Positions 1-7,856 of a DNA stretch of 50,705 nucleotides are shown here, piece after piece; the stretch's first letter is position 1; every line of letters begins with the position of its first letter. Both the position numbers and the translations under genes were made by a program. The DNA lies in assembly GCA_021802085.1 (NCBI GenBank), contig JAKAAZ010000001.1:1-50705 (forward strand), written 5' to 3'. The notes below the pieces were generated by a model. It was not told the DNA's origin and did no database searches. It worked only from the letters and a program-made list of their open reading frames with translations. This DNA is from Acidobacteriota bacterium (GTDB lineage Bacteria > Acidobacteriota > Terriglobia > Terriglobales > Acidobacteriaceae).

Positions 1-74
1 GAAATCCCAGCGGACACCGGTTCGAGTTGCGCCGCCTTCCCTCTCTGGATTCTTCGCTGCGCTCAGAATGACAG
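1..74. repeat. Partial copy (loop plus right arm) of palindromic intergenic repeat family, cut by window edge
   Basis: GAAATCCCAGCGG...CCCTCTCTGGATTCTTCGCTGCGCTCAGAATGACAG parallels GAGGAATCCCGAG...CCCTCTGGACTCTTCGG...CCTCAGAATGACGAC of the copy at 41591-41729 and the right arm of 31707-31833. Confidence 0.6.
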
Positions 75-147
75 ACTTCCAGCTACGCGGGCGCACGTAT
101 GCCCGACTGCGGACGATGCGACGTTGCCTTCCGGTCTTCGCTGACGA

Positions 148-1509
148 CTACGGATAGATGCGGTTCAAGGTGCGGGCGAAGGGAATCGTCTCGCGAACAT
201 GGTCCAGTCCGCAGATCCAGGCCACGGCGCGCTCGATGCCCATGCCAAACCCCGCGTGGGGCACGGAACCATACCGGCGCAGATCGAGATACCACTGAAA
301 CGGGGCCAACGGCAGGCCGTGATCTTCAATCCGCTGCTTCAGCAGTTCATAAGAAGAGATGCGTTGCGAGCCGCCAATGATCTCGCCATATCCCTCCGGC
401 GCAAGCACGTCCACGCAGAGCGCGAATTTTCCGTTGTCAGGATCGGGGTCCATGTAGAACGCCTTGATGTCCGCCGGATAACGATGAATCATGACGGGGC
501 GATCGAATTGCGAGGAGATGTAGGTTTCATCCGGCGAGCCAAAGTCATTGCCATACTCAAACTTCTGCTCGATCTTGCCGGCTGCGAAGGCTTCTTCCAG
601 CAACTTCGCGGCCTCGTCGTAGCTGACGCGGGGAAACGGAGGCCGGATGGCTTCCAGCTTGGACGTGTCGCGTCCAAGCACCTTCAAGTCCGCGGCGCGA
701 TTGGCCAGCACGCGCAGCACGATGTGGCTGAGAAATTCCTCCGCCAGCACCATGATGTCGTCGAGCCCGGCGTAGGCGACCTCGGGTTCGATCATCCAGA
801 ATTCGGTGAGGTGACGACGTGTTTTCGATTTCTCGGCGCGAAAAGTGGGCCCGAACGAGTAGACCTTGCCCAGCGCCATGGCGGTGCTTTCCATGTACAA
901 CTGGCCGCTTTGCGTTAAGTAGGCTTCGTCGCCAAAATAATTCACGGGAAACAGGGTGCTGGTGCCTTCGCAGGCGGCGGGAGTCAGAATCGGCGGATCG
1001 GTGCGGACAAATCCGTGGGTGTCGAAATACTCCTGCGCCGCGCGCATGATCTCGGCGCGGATTCGCAGGATCGCGGCCTGGCGCGGCGTGCGAATCCAGA
1101 GATGACGATGTTCCATCAGGAAATCGACGCCATGCTCTTTCAGCGAAATTGGGAAAGGACCATCGTCGGCCACGCGATGGATCACTTCCAGGTCTTCGAC
1201 ATCGAGCTCAAAGCCGCCGGGGGCGCGTTTGTCCGCACGGACCTTGCCGCGCACGATGACGCTCGACTCCTGGGTAAGCGTCTTGATGCGGTCAAACATT
1301 TCCGGCGACACGGCGGACTTGGGCACCACGCCCTGCACCGTGCCGGAGCCGTCGCGGAAGATGGGAAACAGTAGCTTGCCGCTTTCGCGCAGATTGTAGA
1401 GCCATCCGCGCAGGATGACGGTTTGACCTTCATGCTGACCGAGGCGGGCAATCGTGGTTACGGGAGGTGCGCTGGGCGTGCTGGAAGTGGTTTCATCCAT
1501 ACCAATCAA
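148..1509 (-). CDS. asnS: Asparagine--tRNA ligase
   Basis: 453-aa ORF. Class II aaRS with N-terminal OB-fold region. [21 protein letters not shown] and GFGMGIER motifs are typical of AsnRS. Confidence 0.9.
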   Translation of the reverse strand: MIGMDETTSSTPSAPPVTTIARLGQHEGQTVILRGWLYNLRESGKLLFPIFRDGSGTVQGVVPKSAVSPEMFDRIKTLTQESSVIVRGKVRADKRAPGGFELDVEDLEVIHRVADDGPFPISLKEHGVDFLMEHRHLWIRTPRQAAILRIRAEIMRAAQEYFDTHGFVRTDPPILTPAACEGTSTLFPVNYFGDEAYLTQSGQLYMESTAMALGKVYSFGPTFRAEKSKTRRHLTEFWMIEPEVAYAGLDDIMVLAEEFLSHIVLRVLANRAADLKVLGRDTSKLEAIRPPFPRVSYDEAAKLLEEAFAAGKIEQKFEYGNDFGSPDETYISSQFDRPVMIHRYPADIKAFYMDPDPDNGKFALCVDVLAPEGYGEIIGGSQRISSYELLKQRIEDHGLPLAPFQWYLDLRRYGSVPHAGFGMGIERAVAWICGLDHVRETIPFARTLNRIYP

Positions 1510-1545
1510 ATCTACATCGGCGGGGAGATGCTGGAAGACGATTGC

Positions 1546-2412
1546 TTATTCCCGCCCTGCACTCCCGCCTGCCGAACCCGATGTATCCAGAAACTCCCAA
1601 GTACGCTGGAATCGGTCGGACAGGGTTCCTTCAGGATTTTCGAGCGTGGGATGAATCTCCAATACGGTGGCGGGCGGCTTCGCCAGCACGCCGAGGGCCT
1701 GCATCGTTTCCGGCCATGCGATGGCGCCATCCCCTGGCCATAGATGCGCGTCCTTATCGCCGAGGTTATCGTGAACATGGACCGACCGAATGCGCGGACC
1801 CATGGTATCGATGGCGGGAAGAATGCCGTCGCCCAGATGCGCATGGCCGACGTCGAGGCAGATGCCGATGTCGTCAAAATGTCCGACGGAAAGAATCTCC
1901 ATCAGGTTCTGCGGCTCGGCGACTTCATTCTTCTCTAGATTTTCCAGCAGAATTTGCACTCCCAGCGGACGCGCAAAGGCGCGCAGATGTTCGACCGCCG
2001 TCATGGCGTGCTCCAGGGTGCGCGGACTCCATGTGTCGCCGCGTTCGCCCAGATGCAGAATGAGATGCGAAAAAGGGACCTGCTCGGCCGCTTCCAGAGC
2101 GCGTTTCACCTCGTCCATGGAGTCGATGCGCCGGGATTTTTCCACATGCACCACGTTGATGGAGGGCGCGGAACTGCGCTCACTGTCCGATTCGCTCTCC
2201 GCCCGCAGCGGGGCGTGCAGCGCCCATGCCGGGGTGGGATTGGCGCGAAACCATTCGCCGATTTCCTTCACCTGCGCACGGTTGGTGTAGTCGAAATGCC
2301 GCCGATTGCCGAAGATTTCGATGGCTTCGGCCCCGGTCTTGGTTAAAGTATCCAAATGCCCGGCGTGCAGGCGGTGCTTCAAAAAAATGTGCGTGGAAAT
2401 CGCTCTCAACAT
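1546..2412 (-). CDS. Sugar phosphate isomerase/epimerase (xylose isomerase-like TIM barrel)
   Basis: ORF 1546-2418. Likely ATG at 2412 (MLRAISTHIF...). ILHLG and VHVHDN...HLWPGDG metal-site-like motifs of the AP-endonuclease-2/TIM-barrel family. Confidence 0.75.
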   Translation of the reverse strand: MLRAISTHIFLKHRLHAGHLDTLTKTGAEAIEIFGNRRHFDYTNRAQVKEIGEWFRANPTPAWALHAPLRAESESDSERSSAPSINVVHVEKSRRIDSMDEVKRALEAAEQVPFSHLILHLGERGDTWSPRTLEHAMTAVEHLRAFARPLGVQILLENLEKNEVAEPQNLMEILSVGHFDDIGICLDVGHAHLGDGILPAIDTMGPRIRSVHVHDNLGDKDAHLWPGDGAIAWPETMQALGVLAKPPATVLEIHPTLENPEGTLSDRFQRTWEFLDTSGSAGGSAGRE

Positions 2413-2519
2413 GAACAAATCAACCTATTTCTAAGTTACCCTATTCCGGCGCGTTCGCGGTTGGAAGGGTACCGCCGACGCCATCGGCTATCCCTTCCGG
2501 TATGACTATAATTTGCTGA

Positions 2520-5363
2520 ATGCCCAAACTTTCCTGGAATGAAATCCGGCAGCGTGCTCATGTTTTCTCCGCCGAATGGCGGGATGCAAGCAGTGAACGC
2601 GCGGACAAGCAGACATTCTGGAACCAGTTTTTCGACGTTTTCGGCATGAATCGCCGCGCACTCGCCAGTTTCGAGGAGCGGGTCAAACGCGAGACTGGCA
2701 GGTACGGCTTCATCGACCTGTTCTGGAAGAACATGCTGCTGGTCGAGCACAAGAGCCGTGGAGAAAGCCTCGACAAAGCCGACTCACAGGCGTTCGCATA
2801 CATTCAGGACTTGATTAACGATGGACGCCAGGATGAGGTACCCCGTTATGTAATCGTCTCCGACTTTCAGCGGATCGCGCTGCACGACCTTGAGCCAGAC
2901 GAGCAACTGGATTTGCCTCTGTTTGCAGGGCGCCGTGTCGAAACGATTGATTTTCCGTTGTCGGAATTGCACCGGTACATCCACGCCTTCGCCTTTATTC
3001 CCGGCTACAAGCAGCATCATTTTGCCGACCCCGACCCCATCAACATCAAGGCTGTTAGTATCCTGGGAAATCTGCATCGCGCATTGGAGGGTGGAGGATA
3101 TCGAGGACATTATCTAGAAAGATTCTTGGTTCGTGTGCTGTTTTGTCTGTTCGCGCAGTGGACAGGGATCTTCGAGCAGGACGAATTCCGCCTCTACATT
3201 GAAAACCGAACTGCGGCGGATGGTTCCGACCTTGGACGCGCTCTCGAAGAACTGTTCCGCGTACTGGACACGCCAAAAGAAGACAGGCAGACGTATTTAG
3301 ACGAGACACTGGCGAACTTCCCGTATGTCAACGGCGAGTTGTTCCGCGAGCGTCTGGATTTCGCAGCGTTCAACAAGCCGATGCGCGAGGCGCTGCTGCG
3401 TGCCACGGAATTCGACTGGTCGCAGATTTCCCCAGCCATCTTTGGCGCGCTGTTTCAGTCCATTATGGTTGGCGAAGAGTTGTCCAGAGAACGGCGTCAG
3501 ATTGGCGCGCACTATACCAGCGAACGCGACATTCTGAAGGTCATCCGCCCGCTCTTTCTGGACAAATTGAGGTCCGAATTTGAAGTCATTCGGAACGACA
3601 GCTCCACGCGTCAGCGGTCGCGACTCGATGACTTTCTGGAGCGTCTCACGCGACTCAAATTTCTCGATCCAGCCTGCGGATGCGGTAATTTTCTGGTCAT
3701 CGCATTTCGTGAACTGCGTCTGCTCGAACTCGACGCATTGAAGCTGCGCCACGGCACTCAGACTTCATTCACGCTGGACGAAGTGAACCGTCTTTCGCGC
3801 GTGGATGTGGACCAGTTTTATGGCATCGAAATTTCCGAGTGGCCCGCCCGCATCGCTGAGGTCGCGATCTGGCTGATGGACCACCAGATGAACATCAAGG
3901 TCTCCGAGGCATTCGGCCAACTTTATCAGCGCCTGCCATTGAAGAAGTCTCCACATATCACGGTTGACAATGCGCTGAGGCTCGATTGGCAGAGCGTTCT
4001 GCCATCCAGCGAATGCAGCTATGTTTTAGGCAATCCGCCGTTTGTCGGACATCACTATCAGAGTGCGGAACAAAAGAAGGATCAAAAAGCAGTCTTAAAA
4101 AATATCTCAGCAGCAGGTGTCCTTGACTATGTCTGCAATTGGTATATCCGGAGCGCCGAATACATTATCGGAACAGAAGTCGTGGCAGCATTTGTTTCGA
4201 CGAATTCCATTACACAAGGCGAACAGGCCGGCATCTTGTGGTCGGAGATCTTTTCCCGCTACCACCTCAAAATTTCATTTGCATATCGTACCTTCGCTTG
4301 GCAAAGCGAAGCGCGGGGGAAAGCCCACGTACATGTAGTCGTAATTGGAATAAGTTCCGTCGCCCCAGAAATGAAGCTCCTGTTTGAACAGGACCCATCA
4401 TCTAAAAATTCCTCAGCGATGCAGGTGAGGAACATCGGGCCTTATCTTGTCGAAGGGCCAGACTTGGCCATCTTGAACCGGCCCAAGCCACTGTGCGATG
4501 TGCCAGCCATGACCTGGGGCAACAAACCGACGGATGGCGGAGGGTTAATTCTCTCTTCTGAGGAACGCTATGCCTTATTGCAGAGCGAGCCCACAATTGG
4601 GAAGTACATCCGGAGATACATGAGCGGGGGCGACTTCTTAAATGATGAAATTCGTTACTGTCTTTGGCTCAAGGATGCCAAACCGGAAGAGCTGAGACGA
4701 TCGCCAGCGGTCATATCCCGACTGGAGCGGGTTCGCAGCTTTCGATTGAGCAGTGACGCGCAGTCGACAAGGAAATACGCGGACTATCCGTCTCTATTTC
4801 GGCAGACCGCGCAGCCCGACACAGATTACCTAGCTATTCCGGAGGTCTCATCGGAACGAAGGGCCTACATTCCAATGGCATATATTTCAAGGGATGTTAT
4901 TTGCAGTAATACGGTGCAATTCGTCCGCGATGCCACGCAGTACCACTTTGGCGTGCTGTCCTCACGGATGCACATGGCCTGGGTGAAACAAGTCGCAGGG
5001 AGACTGGAGTCTCGCTATCGGTATTCCAATACCTTGGTCTACAACAATTTCCCCTGGCCAGAAAACCCCACCGGGAAGCAGCGAGCGGCAGTCGAACGCG
5101 CGGCAGAAGCAGTTCTGGAGGCACGAACGAAATTCCCAGACAGCACACTCGCCGATCTCTATGACCCTCGCACCATGCCCCCGGAGTTGCTGCGCGCCCA
5201 CACAGAATTGGACCGCGCCGTGGACCGCTGCTATCGCGCGGAACCTTTTACCAGCGACCGCCAGCGCGTGGAATATCTGTTTTCACTCTACGAAAAGCTG
5301 ACGGCACCACTACTGCCCGTTCCAGCACGACGCAAACGCGCGGCCTGGAGAACGCAAGCATAA
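2520..5363 (+). CDS. MmeI-family Type IIL restriction-modification enzyme (nuclease + N6-adenine methyltransferase + TRD fusion)
   Basis: 947 aa. N-terminus has D-X9-E-X-K (IDLFWKNMLLVEHK, 2715-2753) with the same spacing as the MmeI catalytic motif. SAM motif FLDPACGCGNF (3660-3692). Motif IV NPPF (4032-4043). Long C-terminal region. Confidence 0.85.
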   Translation: MPKLSWNEIRQRAHVFSAEWRDASSERADKQTFWNQFFDVFGMNRRALASFEERVKRETGRYGFIDLFWKNMLLVEHKSRGESLDKADSQAFAYIQDLINDGRQDEVPRYVIVSDFQRIALHDLEPDEQLDLPLFAGRRVETIDFPLSELHRYIHAFAFIPGYKQHHFADPDPINIKAVSILGNLHRALEGGGYRGHYLERFLVRVLFCLFAQWTGIFEQDEFRLYIENRTAADGSDLGRALEELFRVLDTPKEDRQTYLDETLANFPYVNGELFRERLDFAAFNKPMREALLRATEFDWSQISPAIFGALFQSIMVGEELSRERRQIGAHYTSERDILKVIRPLFLDKLRSEFEVIRNDSSTRQRSRLDDFLERLTRLKFLDPACGCGNFLVIAFRELRLLELDALKLRHGTQTSFTLDEVNRLSRVDVDQFYGIEISEWPARIAEVAIWLMDHQMNIKVSEAFGQLYQRLPLKKSPHITVDNALRLDWQSVLPSSECSYVLGNPPFVGHHYQSAEQKKDQKAVLKNISAAGVLDYVCNWYIRSAEYIIGTEVVAAFVSTNSITQGEQAGILWSEIFSRYHLKISFAYRTFAWQSEARGKAHVHVVVIGISSVAPEMKLLFEQDPSSKNSSAMQVRNIGPYLVEGPDLAILNRPKPLCDVPAMTWGNKPTDGGGLILSSEERYALLQSEPTIGKYIRRYMSGGDFLNDEIRYCLWLKDAKPEELRRSPAVISRLERVRSFRLSSDAQSTRKYADYPSLFRQTAQPDTDYLAIPEVSSERRAYIPMAYISRDVICSNTVQFVRDATQYHFGVLSSRMHMAWVKQVAGRLESRYRYSNTLVYNNFPWPENPTGKQRAAVERAAEAVLEARTKFPDSTLADLYDPRTMPPELLRAHTELDRAVDRCYRAEPFTSDRQRVEYLFSLYEKLTAPLLPVPARRKRAAWRTQA

Positions 5364-5500
5364 TGACCACACGGGTTCGATCGCGCGCGAAGATCAATCT
5401 TGGACTCGCCATTGGCCCGCTGCGGACGGATGGCTACCATGGGCTGGCGACGATCTACCAGACGCTGGCGATTCATGATTTTGTGGAGGTGACCGCCGGA
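5363..5500 (+). pseudogene. ispE: N-terminal remnant of 4-diphosphocytidyl-2-C-methyl-D-erythritol kinase (ispE)
   Basis: First 46 codons (RAKINLGLAIGPLRTDGYHGLATIYQTLAIHDFVEV) match the conserved IspE/GHMP-kinase N-terminus. Similarity ends near 5500, and the rest of ORF 5363-5686 is A/T-rich and non-homologous. Confidence 0.7.
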
Positions 5501-5523
5501 ATCAAAATTTACCGAAGCGGTAA
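5501..5523 (-). terminator. Possible intrinsic terminator of vapBC
   Basis: Perfect hairpin TTACCG-AAG-CGGTAA (5509-5523), followed on the minus strand by ATTTTGAT. Lies about 105 nt downstream of the vapC stop. Confidence 0.35.
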
Positions 5524-5628
5524 TCGAATTTCCTGGCAATGCGATAGATTGTCTGTCTGGCATACTCCTCATGTTAGAAAGAGAGAAACTTCTGACACAT
5601 CTTTCGATCTTATATTTACCCCCTTGTA

Positions 5629-6036
5629 CTACTTCTTCGGCAAGAACAGTATTTCCGCTCGATGGGCCGCTGGTTTCAAATCATAATCAGCGGTCACGAA
5701 GGTGCAGGGCACGTTTAGGGCGAGTTCGATTCCGAATGCGTCCGCGTACGGGATTTTCAAGTCAGCTTTGAGGATGGCGGCGCGAATCGCGCGATCTGGC
5801 GTAGCAGAAATGAATTCCAAGCCTATATAGGAAAACCTGTCCATCACCTGCTGCTGGACTTCCAGCCCCTTCTTTCTGTACAAATTGCCGGCAACCTCAC
5901 CCCAGTGCAGCGCACAGACCAGAACACGATGCTTGCCCGACACCAGCCCTTGCAGGATGACCCGGACTTGTTCCGCCCCAGCTTCTTTATCGATAAACCG
6001 CAACAGCGCACTGGCATCGAGCGCGTAGGTCACCAT
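5629..6036 (-). CDS. vapC: Type II toxin, PIN-domain ribonuclease VapC
   Basis: 135 aa. N-terminal acidic residue (YALDASAL) and C-terminal TADYD acidic motif typical of PIN. Overlaps the upstream antitoxin gene by 7 nt. Confidence 0.85.
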   Translation of the reverse strand: MVTYALDASALLRFIDKEAGAEQVRVILQGLVSGKHRVLVCALHWGEVAGNLYRKKGLEVQQQVMDRFSYIGLEFISATPDRAIRAAILKADLKIPYADAFGIELALNVPCTFVTADYDLKPAAHRAEILFLPKK

Positions 6037-6284
6037 TTGGAACGTTTGTCCTCTTTACGGCGGTCCTCCAGCAGCATCTCTGTCATCGATGGGCCGCCCG
6101 CTGTAATCCCGCAAAGCTCGTCGATAAAATGTTTGTCCACGGGGCGCAGGATGATCCGATTACCCTCCCGTAGGACGGCGAAGCGGGTTCCAGGCTTGAT
6201 ATGCAGCGCTTCGCGGATTTCCGCTGGAATGACCAACTGACCCTTGGTGCTGATTGTGGTTGTGTGCGACGCCATGTAAGACAT
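6030..6284 (-). CDS. vapB: Type II antitoxin, AbrB/SpoVT (MazE-like) family VapB
   Basis: TISTKGQLVIPAEIREAL is a swapped-hairpin AbrB-type DNA-binding motif. Probable true start is the second ATG at 6275. Confidence 0.8.
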   Translation of the reverse strand: MSYMASHTTTISTKGQLVIPAEIREALHIKPGTRFAVLREGNRIILRPVDKHFIDELCGITAGGPSMTEMLLEDRRKEDKRSKW

Positions 6285-6488
6285 TCTATCATAGGTAGGA
6301 TTTAGGAATAAAGTAAGATAGCTGATTCCGCTAAAAAGAACAAATCGACGGGAAGTTCCATTCGTTATTTATTCGCCTTCCCGAATTGGTGCTAAAATCC
6401 CGCCAGTAACCAAAGTGGACTTCGATACTGAGCATCCGTCGCAGCGTGGCGCGGCAGTTCAATTCCAACTCATCCCCGGAGATTCGAA

Positions 6489-7574
6489 ATGGCAGACGAC
6501 AAAGAACGCACACGTGCGATCGATCTGGCACTGGCGCAGATTGAAAAGCAGTTCGGCAAGGGTTCCATCATGCGCCTCGGCAGCAAAGAGGCGATTGTTC
6601 CGATTTCTGTCATTTCTACGGGGTCGATCTCGTTCGATGCGGCGCTGGGTGTGGGCGGAGTTCCTCGTGGACGCGTGATTGAAATCTTCGGACCGGAATC
6701 TTCCGGAAAAACTACGATTACGTTGCAGATTATCGCCGAAGCGCAGAAGGCCGGCGGCATGGCTGCGTTTGTGGATGCCGAGCACGCGCTCGATCCGCAG
6801 TATGCGAAGAAGCTGGGCGTCGATGTGGACAATCTGCTGATCTCGCAGCCTGACTACGGCGAGCAGGCGCTGGAGATTACCGAAGCGCTGGTGCGCTCGG
6901 GCGCGATCGATGTGCTGGTGGTCGACTCTGTCGCGGCGCTGGTGCCCAAGGCGGAACTCGACGGCGAGATGGGCGATTCCCACATGGGATTGCAGGCGCG
7001 ACTCATGTCGCAGGCGCTTCGCAAGCTGACCGGGACGGTGTCGAAGTCGCGCACGTCGCTGATCTTCATCAACCAGATTCGCGAAAAGATCGGCGTGATG
7101 TTCGGCAATCCAGAGACAACGACCGGCGGTCGCGCGCTGAAGTTTTATTCTTCGGTACGCATCGATATTCGCCGTATCGCCGCCGTCAAAGAGGGCGATG
7201 TTGTCGTCGGGTCAAGGACCAAGGTCAAGATCGTCAAGAACAAAGTGGCGGCGCCGTTTCGCGAGGCGGAGTTCGACATTTTGTACGGCGAAGGCATTTC
7301 GCGCGAGGGCGATGTGTTGGACCAGGCGGTACTGCAAAACATCGTCGAGAAGTCTGGCGCATGGTACAGCTTCTCTGGGGAACGGATCGGCCAGGGCAGA
7401 GAAAATGTCCGGCAATATTTCAAAGACAACAAGGACACGTTCGCGCGGGTGGAGTCGACGCTGCGCCAGAAAATGGGCATCGGCGGGAAGAGCGATTTGC
7501 CCGAGGTACCGCCCATTCCGCTGAACGGAGCCGTTGCCGCGCAGGAAGTGGTGAAGGCGGCGGGGAAAAAATAG
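6489..7574 (+). CDS. recA: Recombinase RecA
   Basis: 361 aa. Walker [10 protein letters not shown]. Canonical RecA sequence throughout. GGAG 7 nt upstream of the ATG. Confidence 0.98.
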   Translation: MADDKERTRAIDLALAQIEKQFGKGSIMRLGSKEAIVPISVISTGSISFDAALGVGGVPRGRVIEIFGPESSGKTTITLQIIAEAQKAGGMAAFVDAEHALDPQYAKKLGVDVDNLLISQPDYGEQALEITEALVRSGAIDVLVVDSVAALVPKAELDGEMGDSHMGLQARLMSQALRKLTGTVSKSRTSLIFINQIREKIGVMFGNPETTTGGRALKFYSSVRIDIRRIAAVKEGDVVVGSRTKVKIVKNKVAAPFREAEFDILYGEGISREGDVLDQAVLQNIVEKSGAWYSFSGERIGQGRENVRQYFKDNKDTFARVESTLRQKMGIGGKSDLPEVPPIPLNGAVAAQEVVKAAGKK

Positions 7575-7604
7575 CAGCTCTTTTCAATTCGTATGCAGAT
7601 TCGC

Positions 7605-7644
7605 GGGCGGCCAGTTCAAAAAAAACTGGCCGCCCTTTGCTTTT
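7605..7644 (+). terminator. Rho-independent terminator of recA
   Basis: 12-bp perfect stem GGGCGGCCAGTT / AACTGGCCGCCC (7605-7616 / 7624-7635), A-rich loop, then TTTGCTTTT. Confidence 0.8.
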
Positions 7645-7856
7645 GGTAGCGTCCGTCTTCTCTTTACCGGCCCCGGATTCATCCTGTCCATTTCTGGACA
7701 GCGATTTCTGAAAATGGACAGTTTGCGTGCATCCGGCGCGCTCGCGTTAGCAGCTATCTTCACTCTATCCAATGGCTTAGCAGAAAGGCTGGTATTGGAC
7801 TTCAGAATGCAGATGGAATGGGCGTACCCTAGGCTGAAACTGGAGTCGCCCCTAAC

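Noticed and set aside
1-42. GGTTCGAG T-loop-like string at the window start, considered as a possible tRNA 3' half
   Set aside because: Flanking bases do not form a T-arm or acceptor stem. The segment aligns instead with the loop of the palindromic repeat family (compare 41645-41700).
5363-5686. 107-aa ORF treated as an intact gene
   Set aside because: Only the first 46 codons resemble IspE. The rest is an A/T-rich spacer and antisense vapC. It is called a pseudogene fragment instead.
6338-6358. Possible LexA/SOS box upstream of recA (GAAC-N13-GTTC; also GTTCAATTCCAACTC near 6455)
   Set aside because: The spacing matches none of the LexA operators I know (CTGT-N8-ACAG, GAAC-N4-GTTC, GTTC-N7-GTTC). 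The second candidate has a poor second half-site.
7684-7701. CTGT-N10-ACAG palindrome considered as an E. coli-type SOS box
   Set aside because: The spacer is 10 nt, not 8. It lies downstream of the recA terminator, and the phylum is not expected to use this operator. It is kept only as a generic operator or hairpin candidate.
7715-7727. TGGACAGTTTGC considered as a sigma-54 -24/-12 promoter
   Set aside because: The GG-to-GC spacing is about 9 nt rather than the required ~12 nt.
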